Assembly (NCBI RefSeq): GCF_036321535.1
Contig: NC_087437.1
Location: 109,184,001 to 109,248,000 of the forward strand
Source: Camelus dromedarius
Taxonomy: Eukaryota
Reading direction: 5' to 3'
DNA length: 64,000 bases
The notes below the pieces were generated by a model. The model was not told where the DNA came from and did no database searches. It saw only the letters and a list, made by a program, of their open reading frames with translations. Below are positions 48,036 to 61,183 of this stretch, in pieces; position 1 is the stretch's first letter; each line of letters begins with the position of its first letter. The position numbers and the translations under genes are program-made.

Positions 48036-49494
48036 AGACTTAATTGCTTTCCTTTTTTGTTTTATTTGAACTCTGAAACGTTTGATTTCCAACATTTCAC
48101 TTTATTTTGCACTGAAACAACCAAAATGCATCTCTAGTTGTGGCTTCATAGGGACACAACCAGAAGGGGACTTGAAATCCCTCCTTCCCTATTTTGGGTA
48201 AACAGGCAGTTATAGGTCTTATCTTGACAATATGTTTCAATTAAGTTTTCCTTAAAGACACAGTCCTCCTCCAAATTTTATATTGACTTAAAATACAGCA
48301 AACATCTTTACTTTTTTGGATTAACCTTGAGCATTTACATCTTGCTGCCAGTGTGAGAATGAACATAAATATAGTTTTATCAGTGGTTCGGTTTTTCTGT
48401 CTTTGGTCACAAACTGTGATTTCTTTTTGATTCTGATTTTGTCTCCAGCTGTCGAAAAGAAAATGGCAAGATATCGGGGCTGACCTTTCTGCTTCTGAGT
48501 TTTTGCTGTAGTCACAAAGGAAGATGACCTTTAAGGCCCCTGCTGGCCATGAACTTAAGGAAACCATATGCTCTTGTATCCACAGGAAATGAAACTGTGA
48601 AGGTTGTCTTTCAACACAGAGTGTCATAAGAGGGGCTCATATTCATTAATCAAGTTGCCTTTTATAATCTCAGGATTAAAGATATATATATAATATATAA
48701 AGGTTGAACTTCTGAACTAGGACCAAAATTATAGCATCTTTCCAAAGCTTTTACTACTGGACTTGGTTTTCATGAACCCCTTCGTGTGAACAGAAGAATT
48801 ATATTTAAGTCATGAAGGTTTAAATTTCTTTTTTTTTTTAAATTCAACAGTTTATCTCATGAGGTCAGCATTTAAGCTTACTAGCAAAGGCTGATGAAAA
48901 TAGTTCAGGAAAGCAAACTGTAGACTGATCTCATTCACAAGGACAAAAATTCCTAGTAAAAATATTGGCAAATTAAATCTAGTAGCATAGCAAAATTTTA
49001 ATCAATACTACCAAGTAGAAATTTTATTCAGCAATGTGAGTATGGTCCAAAACTAGAATATCTGTCAATATGAATAAAGGAGAAAATTATATGATTATAT
49101 CAACCGATGCCAAAACATATCATTTAATAAAGACTCAAGATTCTCACAAAAATAAGAAAACACTATCACCATTATAATTTATCATTTACTGGAGATTATA
49201 CAGAATACAGTAAGATTAAAAGATTAAAGTGTTGGCAGAGTGTTTCTTTCTTTTATTTATTTTTTCCTAAATGCTTTCATCAGAAAGTATCAAACAGAAT
49301 GTTGTTCACCCAGCTGCCTTGTTATAGAGGCAGGGAAACTAGAGGTAGGGAACACCAGCAGTGTCCTCCAGTGTTTTGCAGACTGGAGATTCCCCTGGTA
49401 GCAAGGATCCTAGGTCCTCCCATTTTTCTCCAGTGGATGGAATTCGTGTTTTTAATGAATCTACATATGTGATCATGAATTACAGTTGTGAGTT

Positions 49495-49705
49495 GACCCT
49501 TGGTATCAGAATGCTGGAATTTAAGTTTCAGTTATGCTGCTTAGTAGCTGGGTTACACTGGACAAGGTGTTTATTTTTCCTTTGATTCAGTTTTCTTACC
49601 TGTAAAATGGAAACAATAGTAGAATTCTTTTCATAGAGCTTTAGGAAAATCATTAAGCTGACAGATGTAAAACACTTAGCACAATGTGGCACATGGTAAG
49701 TACTT
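49495..49705 (+). mobile_element. MIR (GRIK1 intron)
   Basis: tcagttttcttacctgtaaaatgg...tgtaaaacacttagcacaatgtggcacatggtaagtact. Confidence 0.8.
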
Positions 49706-50246
49706 GCTTTCTTTAAAATAAAATGTTATACATCACTAAAAATATTTCAAGTCTATGGCACTCATCTATCATCTCTCTCTCTCTCTCTCTCTCTATTTTT
49801 TTAGTGGCGACAAGGAACAGTGAAAAGTTGATGCCTCTTTCATTTTAGCCTTTGCACGCCCTTCTCTGCATCAATTCCTTTGCATTTTTTCTACGAGTGT
49901 TTTAGCTCAGATGGGTCCTATACATGTTTAAAGCATAGAATTTTCAATGCCTGTTATTATTTCTTTTACCCAGTCCACAACACGTTTCAGTGTTTATGTG
50001 TTTATAGGCTTTATGACAGCTTGTATCTTGCCCATGAGGGACAGGTGCTCATCTATAGGAAGGAAATGGAAGGTCACTGCAGTTCCTTGCCATTTATAAA
50101 TATTATCACCTTTGTGTTAGGAACCCACTTACAATGAATCCCTATGCTGATAAGTTTGATGGGAAATTTATTTGCTAATGAATTTATAGTAGTAAACAAT
50201 GTTACTGCCACTTATGCTGCTCCTGATACCATCCAAAGATAAAGTG

Positions 50247-50289
<43 letters not shown>
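50247..50289. repeat. (TG)n microsatellite
   Basis: TG run with a short TA interruption. Confidence 0.93.
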
Positions 50290-50290
<1 letters not shown>

Positions 50291-51477
50291 CTTTAGAAGA
50301 AAGGAAACTGGGAAGCAGAAGATAATCTCTTGGAGACGACAGCTGGATCTTCAACTAGAATGGTAGCTTTCTTGGTTTTAAAAGGAGAAGGATTTGCTTC
50401 TTTATTCTGCAGAAAGTCATTCCTCTTCTCTACTTCTTCGGTGCTGGTTGTGTGTCCCTAATGAGCCCCCCTTTCTCTCCCTTCTCTTTCCTTTGTTTAC
50501 CTCCCTCTTTGGCTCATTTCTCTTTATAATTGCTGACTGCAAGGCACATCCTTTGAATTAACCCCAGTTGTTTGATTTCTTGGTACTAGTGTGAACCTTA
50601 ACATAAATTATTCTCTTCTCCTGACACATTTGCCCTTTTATGGGAAATACTGCCCTGGAAAGTTGGAAGAAGTTAATCAAGTTCTTCTTGTTTTGCACTT
50701 GCCTCAGAAAATAAAATAGTCCAGGGCAGAGAATGATTTTTTTTTTTTTTAAGTTGTAGGAAAAGCTTTATGCTACAATTTGATTAGAGTTTACAGTATT
50801 GAAAGAACACAGGCTAACCTGTCTGGGATTGGCTTTCATACCGGTTACAAACTTGGCATCAGGATGTGAATATCAGATTGATTTCTCATCATATATTTAA
50901 CATTTATGTGCTCAATATTTTCATTCATTTAGATGAACTACTTTTAATACATAACTTTAAGGGTTTTTCTGACAAATTAATTTTTTAGGAAGTCTGGACT
51001 AGCCAAGAATATAACACAGATTTTGCATTTTGCATAGGTTTCTCCCTTTAATTTATTAGGCTCCTTATTCAAAGATACTTGAAGTGATCTGTGGCAATGT
51101 CTAATAAATTTTCACCTTATGCTTAGAAGAAAAGAAAAAAATATAGATAATATCCATGCCATTTTATAGATGTAAAATCTTTTATTTTATGTATATACTT
51201 ACCATAACTTAAAGGCAAACACTATGATTTCAGGTCTTTTTGTAAAGAACATTCTGAATAAAATATAGAATATCAGTAAGTATAGAAGGGAATAGGTGGC
51301 TGAGAAATAATGGGAATATTATTACTATTATTTTCTTGATTTGGTTAAATGATTATCATAGTTCTGCAGAGGCAGTGTCTCAGTAATTTTTTTTTTTTAA
51401 CAAGAAGGATTAAGCATTCACACCCCCTGAGGTCTAGTGTGAGTATAAACCTAGAATATTCAACATGTTCTGTGCCT

Positions 51478-51776
51478 GCAGAAACAGACTCACAGACTAG
51501 AAAACAAAATTATGGTTACTGGGGGGAAAGAGGGGAAGGGACAAATTGGGAGTTCTAGATTTGCAGGTACTAACTAATATACATAAAATAGATAAACAAC
51601 AAGTTTATAGTGTATAACACAGGGAACTATATTCAGTATCTTGTAGTAACCTATGGTGAAAAAGAATATGAGAACAAATATATGTATATTCATGTATGAC
51701 TGAAGCATTGTGCTGCACACCAGAAATTGACACAACATTGTAAACTGACTATACTTCAATAAAAAAAAAATTTTTA
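51478..51776 (+). mobile_element. Young 5'-truncated L1 3' end (cetartiodactyl-type) with TSD
   Basis: gaaacagactcacagac...acagggaactatattcagtatcttgt...actatacttcaataaaaaaaaaa. TSD aacatgttctgtgcct (51462-51477) vs aacatgctctgggcct (51777-51792), 14/16 identical. Confidence 0.9.
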
Positions 51777-54700
51777 AACATGCTCTGGGCCTAGAGTCAG
51801 GAAAATTTTTAAGGAATATGACAAAAGAATCCTACTCATTCATTTGCTACCTTGCCACTTTGGAAAGTCTGGTCACCTATCTGCACAAGTGTTTTACTTC
51901 TCCACAGGACGACTGATGATCTAAGAACAGGGATCAAGCTTCAGTCGTCCCTCACTAATTACATGAAGGAAAAGGTTGGGAGATGCTTGGAGCAGCTATG
52001 CATGCAGCTTCTTTGTGTACAGCTCTTGTGTTCCAGAACTCAGGATTTGCACTCCATTTACTCTGGTTTTGTCAGTTTTCTGGGTTCATTCAGAATCCCT
52101 GGGCCATCTTTCATGCAACAAACCCTGGGATTTTTAAAAAATGGATCTGTGAGGTTGAGAGTTAGTCATTATATTAGCTTCCAGAATAGTGGTTATAATG
52201 AATTGTGCCTGGAAGCTCATGAGGAAGCTGACTCTCATCTCCTGAGTCTGTGCCAAAAATCTCAGGTGGAGAAATCTCAATACTGTACTAAAACTTCAAA
52301 GTCTGGTCCCTGCTCTTATCCTCACCTGGGACCCAGCGCCCGCTCCTTGCACAGACCAATTCCCTGCATCTTTGATGCTTTACTCTGGCTCTTCATAGGT
52401 GGCCACCCCGCACAGTCCTGACTTCCCTTCCTTTGGCTGTAGCACGGAGACGCTGTTAGCTCACATTTCCTAGCTCCTTTTAATGTCGTGTCTTCACCAT
52501 CTTTATGTCCTTTTGCATCTTTTCTCTCCTATTTCATCTTTGTTCCTTTACCTAAGGCTTGGCGCTGACGTTTTAGCTCTCAAATCCTAGATTTAAGCTT
52601 TTAATTCTTTGCATGAATGCATGTCCTAGAATTCTTTGTTTTCCTATCTGAGGTCTTCAAACCAAAATATATATCTAGGGAAGGGGGTGGACACAGGGTT
52701 ACTTATGATGTCAGATACACAAGGATCATCTCTGTTGGGCTCATTTTTATTTAAAGATTTTATTTAGAAAAAATTTTTCTTCCATTATATTAAATTTAAG
52801 TATACTATGAAATGTCATTCTCTCTCTCTCTGTATGTATGTGTGTATTTTATATATATATGTATATATATTTATATTTTTAAGAATTATTAAATTCTTCA
52901 CCTGGGGTGGCACGTCCAGGTCTATACCTCCAAACTCTTGGGGTATAAGGATGTGTATGTTCATTCTCTTCTAACATTAGGGATAATTTCATGGAAAACT
53001 TTGAAATGTGAGGTTCACACTGAGGCAGAACATTTTGATATTAATCCATGTGCTTTTTCCAGTTCTTCTGAATCTCAACCTTTTTTTCCCCACTTTTAAA
53101 GTTACAGCAAGAGCTTTTATATATTGCCCTCAGGGTAAAGATGACATAGGAAAAAAAGAGTCAAATTTTCAGCTTTGAGTTCTTAAATAGACTTGTGTGG
53201 ATCTATAGAAGCCATTGCTGTCTTTGAAGCTATTAATTATGATAGCCAGGTGTTTGAAAGAAGAGGAAAAAAAGTACTTTGAATTGTAAACGTTCGCCTT
53301 AGAGCCTTCAGGATCCAGTATATAGGACTGGGGATAGTGGTGAAGATAGGACTGTCCTGTATCTACTTTCAAGGAGAAACATCCAACCAGGTGATGGGAA
53401 AGCCTCGACACTGAGGAATACTTAAGAAAGGGTTCCTCACTTGCCACTTCTGGGGTTTAACTCCCAAGGGTGAGATGAAGCAAACAGCCTAATAAGTGTG
53501 GGGACCTGAGAACACAGGGACATTGTGCCCCCTCTTTGTCATAGGCTCTCAGAAGAAGCACTCACTTGAGTGGATAAGTGTCATCGGGACCTTTCATCAG
53601 GCCACCTGGAGACTGTCCTCTGAGTCTTCCATGGCCTCTGAAGGTTCTCTAGAACCAGTGGCCAGAGAGCAGAGTCATTTCTGCAGTGAAGATAAGCTTC
53701 AGGTGGGCTCACATCCCAGAGGTAAGCAGCTCTCTTTGCCTAAAAGCAGCAGAAATGTGGGTTTACCTGCCAACCCAAAGCACCCACAGTCCCTTTCTCC
53801 TCTCTGCAGTCATTGTCAGAGGCCACTATGACTTTCATCTCCAGTCCTCTAGCTTCTCTTTGGCCTCTTCTCAGGGATTTGGGTAGCATCTAAGCTTAAT
53901 GATTTCCCTCTAGTTTGTTCTTTCTTTCCTAGTGGTCAAAAAATGGTCAGGGATAGGAAAAAGAGGTAGGAAAACATCATTATATGTATTTTCTCAAACT
54001 TGATCCTCTGGTTTTGGCTCTTGCTAATTAGAGATAAACTTTTTGAAATTTAACTTATTCAACAAAACACCTAGCTCTTGAGATTGAAAGCTATGGTTTT
54101 TAAGATTTTTCTCTGTGGTACAAAGTTGTAAAGTCCACTTAAAACTGAAAAGCTAAGAGTTTGGTTCATCTCTGGGTAGGAAACAATGCATATAAAAGTC
54201 TTGATGATTGATAGCGGAGAAAGGTAGGGGTAAAAACAATGGAAAATAAAAGTGCATCATCCTTTTCCTTCTTTTCCCTTTGCCTCTCTTTAGCAGAATT
54301 ATTTAAGTTCCACTTACAGAATAGAGACTTTCCTGGGCACTCCAGCCCTATCGATCTCTTTCTGGAATTGTGATTGAGTATGTAGTAGTTCCATAGCTTC
54401 AAATTGCTTGCCAAGTACTTTTCTTCTTCTTCTCTCTCTCTTTTTTTTTTTTTTTTTTTAGCTTATTCTGTAGGCTCATCAAAGTCAAAAACAATTCTTC
54501 TTCTGTAATCTTCCCTGTGTTTGTAATGATTTGGTTATGATTGATTGGGTTGGAGCCCTCTCATTCTCTGATGCTATAATGTCTGTTTTCTCTGCATCCA
54601 GAGCCAGCCATCCCACCCTGAAGTTCTGGCAGGGCAAGGTAATTCCATCTATTGCAATAAGAATTTAATGTGCTCAGGATTGCCACATAATAAATAAATA

Positions 54701-54859
54701 TATATTTATAAAATATATTGTTCATGTATATGTTAGTATACATACATGCTAATACATGTATTTATACGCATGTATGTATATATATAAATTCTTTAAGCTT
54801 TTTTTTTTTTTTTACTGCTTCTACATTTTTATTTTCTTCCCACTTTCTACTGGAATTAA

Positions 54860-55010
54860 AAAATACCATGGTTGGAAGAGAATTTTAAGAGCAACACCCT
54901 CATTCTACAGTTGAGAACACTGAGGATGAGGGAAGGACAGTGACCTGCCTAAAGGCACAAAGCCATTCAGCAGAAGCACTGGCATAGGAATTCCTGGCTT
55001 GTGATTCCCA
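54860..55010 (-). mobile_element. MIR fragment
   Basis: ccctcattctacagttgagaacactgagg...gtgacctgcctaaaggcaca. Confidence 0.7.
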
Positions 55011-56784
55011 ATTCATCTCCCTGTTGGGTCACAAACATCTTTCAGAGTTTGTTTGGTTTACTAGATGTTGCCAACTTGTACGTTGGAAAAGTTATTTCTA
55101 AAAGGATGTTAATTGCTTCCTGGCCTCTCTGTTGATTAATGAATGTTTGGGTTTCCAGGCAAAGAAAAGCCTCTTTACGCAATTACAGAAATAACGTGAT
55201 TAGAGAGACTTCTCCAGACCTCTTGCTAAATAAGTTAATCAGACTACAGAAGATATAAAGCTGAGGACACTTGGAAGCATCTGATAATGTGCCAAGTGGC
55301 AGTGAGGAAAGATAAATTCCAAATTACAGCAGGTTATCTGCAGACAGTAGTTTCTTAGTTCTTGTGGTTGATAAAGACATTCTTTTTTGAAGTTGAAAAA
55401 TCTGAATATTTGACTATTTTTAAGTCTGAAAACTCCAGTTGAAAAATTAGGGAGAGAGAAAGTTGTGGCTAAGCTAAATTAAACATTTTAATCAGTAGGG
55501 AGAGCTACAGCAGTGTCATTACATCACTCAGGTTTTAGTCATTATTTTTGTGTGTCTCTGTATACATTGTAATGTGGAAACACACTGCTGTACAGCTTGG
55601 CCAATTAGCTATATTTGGGCTGACAACTACGAAGCTCAGATTCTGCAGGGTGTTGAAACCATACGACGTGTTCGTAATGTTGGTTTTCTATCACAAGAAT
55701 GCCCTTCTCTTTGCAAATAGAATTTCTTTGAAAATTTAAAGGAGAATCCCATTTTATGTGATACATGTCTCTGTGGAGAGGATTTTGAAAGCAAAAATGA
55801 TTTTAATATGCTTGTGCATCTGGACATAAAATTCCATAACTGTGAGAAGCATAATGAGATGGTTCCTAAAGGCAAGTTAAAACTGCAGCATCGAGCAGAA
55901 ATTTTTCATTATCTATAAGAGTTAATTAATAATGCCATTTGGCACAGTTAGATGTGCAGAAAATAGTACAAGAAGTAAGAATGCTTTGCTTTCCTTTTGC
56001 TTTTCCAGGCTGTTCAGGCTACTTTTAAATTGCTTACTAGGAAATAGACCTTAGAGCGTAAGGGTCATGGGCTTGGAAACTAATTGGGATTCATTATTTT
56101 GCCTCTTTGTCACAGATGGCTCATATAGAACATAATATAATGCTGCAAATGCAGTGAGGTATTTGGAAATAATTTTCCTTGGGTGGGTTTATAATCATAT
56201 AATCCAGCTGATTTTCCTAAGGGCACAATCTCTACCCACCATGGATTCCTTAGGTAGTTCCAATTTTGCTGGAAAAATTCTAAATTAATTCAGTTTATAA
56301 TTTTAGTCTAAAATAAAATAAGCTTTATATTTTTCCATATTGCATTAGGTTATACATGCTTGTTAAGAAACAAATTAGACAACATTACATTCTCCATAGA
56401 TGTCAATGCACTTCTCAGTTTTTTCACACCTCCTCACTCTCATCCTAACTTTAAACAATATTCCTCAAAATATAGTACACAGATGACCTGCCAGTGTTAA
56501 TAGAAACTCACACTGACCACCTAATTTGGAGTCACACTGTGGTATTCAAGCTAGTTTTAATGAAAACTCATGCTTACCAACTACTTTTAAGTAAAACAAC
56601 TGTATTTAGGCTTGTTGGAACAAAAAACTCATGCAAGAAAAGCTATTAAAAAATTCTTGTATTGTAGATAATTTTCATGAAAAGTCATATACATGACCTA
56701 ATTTTAGAAAAAAAAAACTGCTGTATGTAAGCTATCTTTTACACAAACTAGTGTGCAAACTACTTATAAGCATTTACTTTCAGG

Positions 56785-56907
56785 TTTAGTTAAAAATTCT
56801 GATTCCTGGACTACATTCACTGAGGGGGAGTCCCTGGAGGCCCAGCTTGTAACCTGTGCATTTCCCAGGTGATTCAGGGGTATTCTGAAGTCTGGAAACC
56901 AGTGACT
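56785..56907. mobile_element. MER5A fragment
   Basis: aaaattctgattcctgg...tcccaggtgattc...aagtctggaaaccagtg. Confidence 0.6.
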
Positions 56908-57799
56908 AAAAAAAAAAAAAGAATTTGAAAATTTTTATTTCATGTTCAAGCCCCCTTTTTTCTAAATTTCACTTAAAATGCAATGGCCTCACCTCGGGTC
57001 ACTGTGGTCTTAGTGGTCATTTGATGGCAAGAATTGGTGGTCTGAGAGCATGTATAAAAAGAGAAAGTGGAGAGTGTAAGGAACCTAGGGTCTGAAGTGA
57101 TTAGGGATTTCAAAAGTTACGAAAAGGGCACAGAGAGAGCAGTGAACTACCCACCTGAATATTCTGAGGAAGCCTACCACTTATAATGAAACATGAATAT
57201 TAATAATGGACTCTAATGACATTTCTATCTCAAAGATGTGCACAGTATCTTCCTGAAGTCTCCTAGAGAAGGTTTATTAACTATTGAATGCTAAATATAA
57301 GCTGTGTATCTTGCTTGGTATTAATGGTCCTAACTCTAGAATCAACCAATAAATAGTAATGACTTGCTGAGTGCCAATTATACGCTAAGCTTCCCCTTTA
57401 AGTCACTACTGCACACTAGAATCCACAGGGTACCTTAAAACTGCTATTGTTCTGTTGCCATTCAAGGCTGATTAAATTAAAATTTCTAGAGATGAGGTTC
57501 ACATCTTTTGCTCTAGGACCTCATGTATTGCTAATTTGGGTCCTTCTCTTGGGCACAATGAACCTGCCATTGATTTTTAATGCTTATGTGAGGAAAAGTG
57601 GTCTCAGAGATGGTTTGAATCTCTAAATTGGAAAAACTATTTTCTAAACCAACTCTGTTTTAAGATATATGGTAAATTGTATTTATTGCCGATGTGACCA
57701 ATGAGCAATACAAATAAATTAATTCCTCTATAAGAAACTGTAGAAACTGTCTGTTAACCAATATTTATTAATAGGACTCATAAATGATCTCATTTTCTA

Positions 57800-58410
57800 T
57801 GGCATTATGTTATTTTATTTGATTCTCAAAGCAAATATATCAATGTATTATCTTCATGTTACAAAAGAGGAAACTGAAGTTCAGAGAAGTTAAAAATATA
57901 TTCCAAATAATAAATATTATTGTTTACTGAGTGGCAACACTGTGCCAGGCAAGGTATCTCATGTATTGTATATTATCACTGGATAAGATACACATTATCA
58001 TACGAGTGTTCCCTGGAGTATGATCTGTAGAAACTTGGTCTGTCAAGATACTTTGGGGAAAAAAAAGGTTCTGTATCTAACAAGTTGGGAAGTGCTGGGT
58101 ACTCTTCCATCTTGTTGAAAATTCTCAGTACATCATTAACATATTAAACACACTGAAATGTCATGTGGTGAAGGGATGTTTAGCCTACTGCTCCATGGAT
58201 TACTTGACCATGAAAATTTTATCTGAGTAAAACTTGCCAGTGGAAGCCATTTTGAAAAATACGCCTTCATCACAACCTTATGACCTACAAACTATATCCC
58301 AATATTACATATTAAGAAACCAAGGCTCCGAGAAAGTCAGTCACTTGTCACTTACAGCCATTCAGCATGCGACTCTACTAGAACTTGGATCTAAGTTTGG
58401 CTAATTTAGA
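57800..58410. mobile_element. MIR fragments with an inserted hAT-Charlie-like (MER112-like) element at about 58004-58265
   Basis: gaggaaactgaagttcagagaagttaa and aagaaaccaaggctccgagaaagt MIR cores flank agtgttccc...ttttgaaaaatacgc. Confidence 0.55.
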
Positions 58411-60525
58411 AAATTCTTTTCTGATTCTAATTCTAGGACTCCCAGGTGCTGACTCTGATATCTAGTTCTCTGTTAGCAAACCTGAAATAAAACTGTGGAA
58501 AGGGTGAAGTGCTGGGCTGTTTGTTAAAATATTTGGAAACCATAAAATAATATATAACTATCAGAATTAGGTAGTACACATTTTAAAGTAGTACACAAAT
58601 ATCAGTTTTACTCAAATGTCTGAATTACACTTTTGAAGGACATTCTCCATAGAAAGGCAAGTTTTGTGACTGTTAACCTTGATCATCTATACTTTGTTAA
58701 TCGTTCTTGAACTTTCTGGGTAGGATTTTTGGTTTATTTAATAGTCCTTGGGAATATTAATTTATGTAACTTGTGGTTTCTATATACAGAATCAATGAAT
58801 TATTAATTACATAATACTTATCCCAACATCTGATTTTATTGACTATGAGAATGTGAGCTCTGACCTGGCAAACAGTATGTTGCTTTTCCCTCAATAACAG
58901 TAAATAAATGTTAGTGTTATTTATAGATATTTTCCTAAAAGTACATTTATTTCAAAAAGAAAACAAGACTGAGAAACAACGAGGGCAAAAGAGTCAACTT
59001 TCCTGAACACACTTTACTGGAGAAATATAGAGTTGATTGGAAAGATTTGTGATTCAAAAATTGGAACCCATTTAAAGCTAAGTGAAGAGAAGGCAAAATG
59101 CTACATGATTGCACAGATGGTACATCTCTACTTCTGAGAAATATATTTTGGGGGATCATTTCATATGTCAAAGGTGACCCCATTAAGGAGAACAAAAACA
59201 AATGGATCCCATGTTGAGGGAAGATGAAAGGCATCTTCAAGTCCCCTGTTCACTGTGAAGAGGAAACAAGCTCAGAGGGACAGCAGGTATCCTCCATCAC
59301 AACAAATTAAGTGTGTAGTTGGCTTTCTATGTCACCAAGCTCAGTTAGAGTGGAAATTATTTACAGTATTTTGAATGCAGGTTGAAAATAAATCTACAGA
59401 GATGTGTAACTAATGTGTATGGAAATTCTTTCCTTTATTCATTTTCTCCTCCTTGTCCTTCTCCTCAGTATGCTTGGAATGAGTTGAAAATGGCAAAGGA
59501 TCCAGAGAAATGAGTGTGAAAGTGGCAAGGTTCAGAAAAGATTGCTACAAAATCAACCACTCTATCCCGGATGAGTAGAAAGGGGATGAAATAGCATCTT
59601 GTGGAAAGATGTTCATCAATGCACAGAATGAGGGCGAGTGAATGGAAAATAGAAGATGCTGTGCATTAATTTCTACCTCAGGACTTTGCTTGGAGCTTGT
59701 AAAAAATAATCTATAACTTGAAAAAAAATCACAGTTCCTTAACAACTCTGAGCATACTATCTATCTGAAACTGGAAAATTGTTAACCTCTACAAGTAAAT
59801 GTTACTTGAGAGCTTGATATTAATGAATTTCTATTCAGGGATCATTCTTGACTGTGTTGTGTCTTCCTGAATGATACTCAACTTAGCTAATGCTCTTCTT
59901 CTGTGACACTAGAAGTTTCAAGTTTACTTTTCATTTTCTGGGTCACATTTTTGAGTCTTTAAAACCTAAGACATCTTTGAATCTCTGTATAAATAATACA
60001 TTTTAAGTAGTAAGCTCAATTTGAATTAAAATTTAATATTGTTAAGGAGTTATTATGAAAAGATGGGGCTTTGGGTAGTTGGAAAGTGTGGCTGTATGGA
60101 ACGCATGGTACAGGGAAAAGGAAAGAGGAGAAAAAAAGTTTCACAAAGGTGAAAAGAATTCCACAAAATTAGCATTTTGTTTTTGTGCTTTGCACAATTG
60201 AAAGTCTGAATCTACTTTTTCATGAGGAAAGAGTTGATTATTTTTTCATGCATGAAAATACAACTAAGATAATCATTCTTTTGATGGTATAGCTTATTCT
60301 TGTAAATACATATACCCTGGAGTCTTTTACCCCTAACATACCTCTGTTTCAACATAAGATGCACATGTGTTTCCAGTGCATTGAATTCAACATCTAGAGT
60401 ACATGGGTTTTGCTATCTCAAAGGGACAGCAGTTATGACTATTTATGCTTAGTAGATACAGATATCAACAATACCAATCAGCAGAAACAATTTCTACTGG
60501 GCACACCTTTTTTTTTTTTTAATGA

Positions 60526-60675
60526 TTACACAGTGTGAACTGAGGACTGTGTCCGAATCCCTCTCTCCTCTCGAATTAATTTGCCACATTCTAAATCCGT
60601 AGATAAAGTGGTTCCAGAGGTGGAGTTGGTTGGATGGGTTTGCTTACATTGCAGTCCATAAAAGAAACAAAAAGC
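60526..60675 (-). CDS. GRIK1: GRIK1 alternative terminal exon, GluK1-d C-terminus
   Basis: Acceptor ttttgcatgcaag|GCT, phase 0. Reads AFCFFYGLQCKQTHPTNSTSGTTLSTDLECGKLIREERGIRTQSSVHTV then TAA (60526-60528). Matches the human GluR5-1d tail as I recall it. Confidence 0.92.
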   Translation of the reverse strand, partial: AFCFFYGLQCKQTHPTNSTSGTTLSTDLECGKLIREERGIRTQSSVHTV

Positions 60676-61077
60676 CTTGCATGCAAAAGAAATGAGAAAA
60701 AAATACAGAAAAATGAATAAATCACAGGCAAAAATGGGTTTTTAAATGAAAATTTAAATCAAATGAAGCTGGCAGTTATGAGAAGCACATTAAAGCATAA
60801 CATATACAAGCTTTTATTTTTCAAATTAGTTGCATAAAACAAGACACCTCAAGAGCAAATCGAAAGTTAAAACAAAGCAGATCAGTTCATTCTCCCTTTA
60901 ATTAAAGACAACTTTCTCTGAGAAGGTCTAGGAAAGGTGTTCTTAATCTTTTCACAATTGTCTTGTAATTCGGGGGTATTTTCATGGCGAAGCCAGGTTA
61001 TAATCAATCATCTCCATCTTTGGGAGTTTAAGGGGAGTTTCCCCTTAAAGGAAGTAGGACTCATATGAGATTATTAA

Positions 61078-61183
61078 CCAGAACCGGCTACGTTGTTTGT
61101 GGGGCCCAGAGCAAGACGGAAATATGGAGCCCTTGTTCTAAAATTATTAAGAACTTCAAGACAGTGATAGCTGAGCATTAAAC
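61078..61183 (-). mobile_element. MER45A fragment (hAT-Tip100)
   Basis: accggctac...ggggcccag...cccttgttctaaaattattaagaacttcaagac...gagcattaaac matches the remembered MER45A reverse strand. Confidence 0.75.

Noticed and set aside
51852..52421. Longest ORF in the track (189 aa, + strand)
   Set aside because: Non-ATG start, no recognisable domain, antisense within a GRIK1 intron. Compatible with chance.
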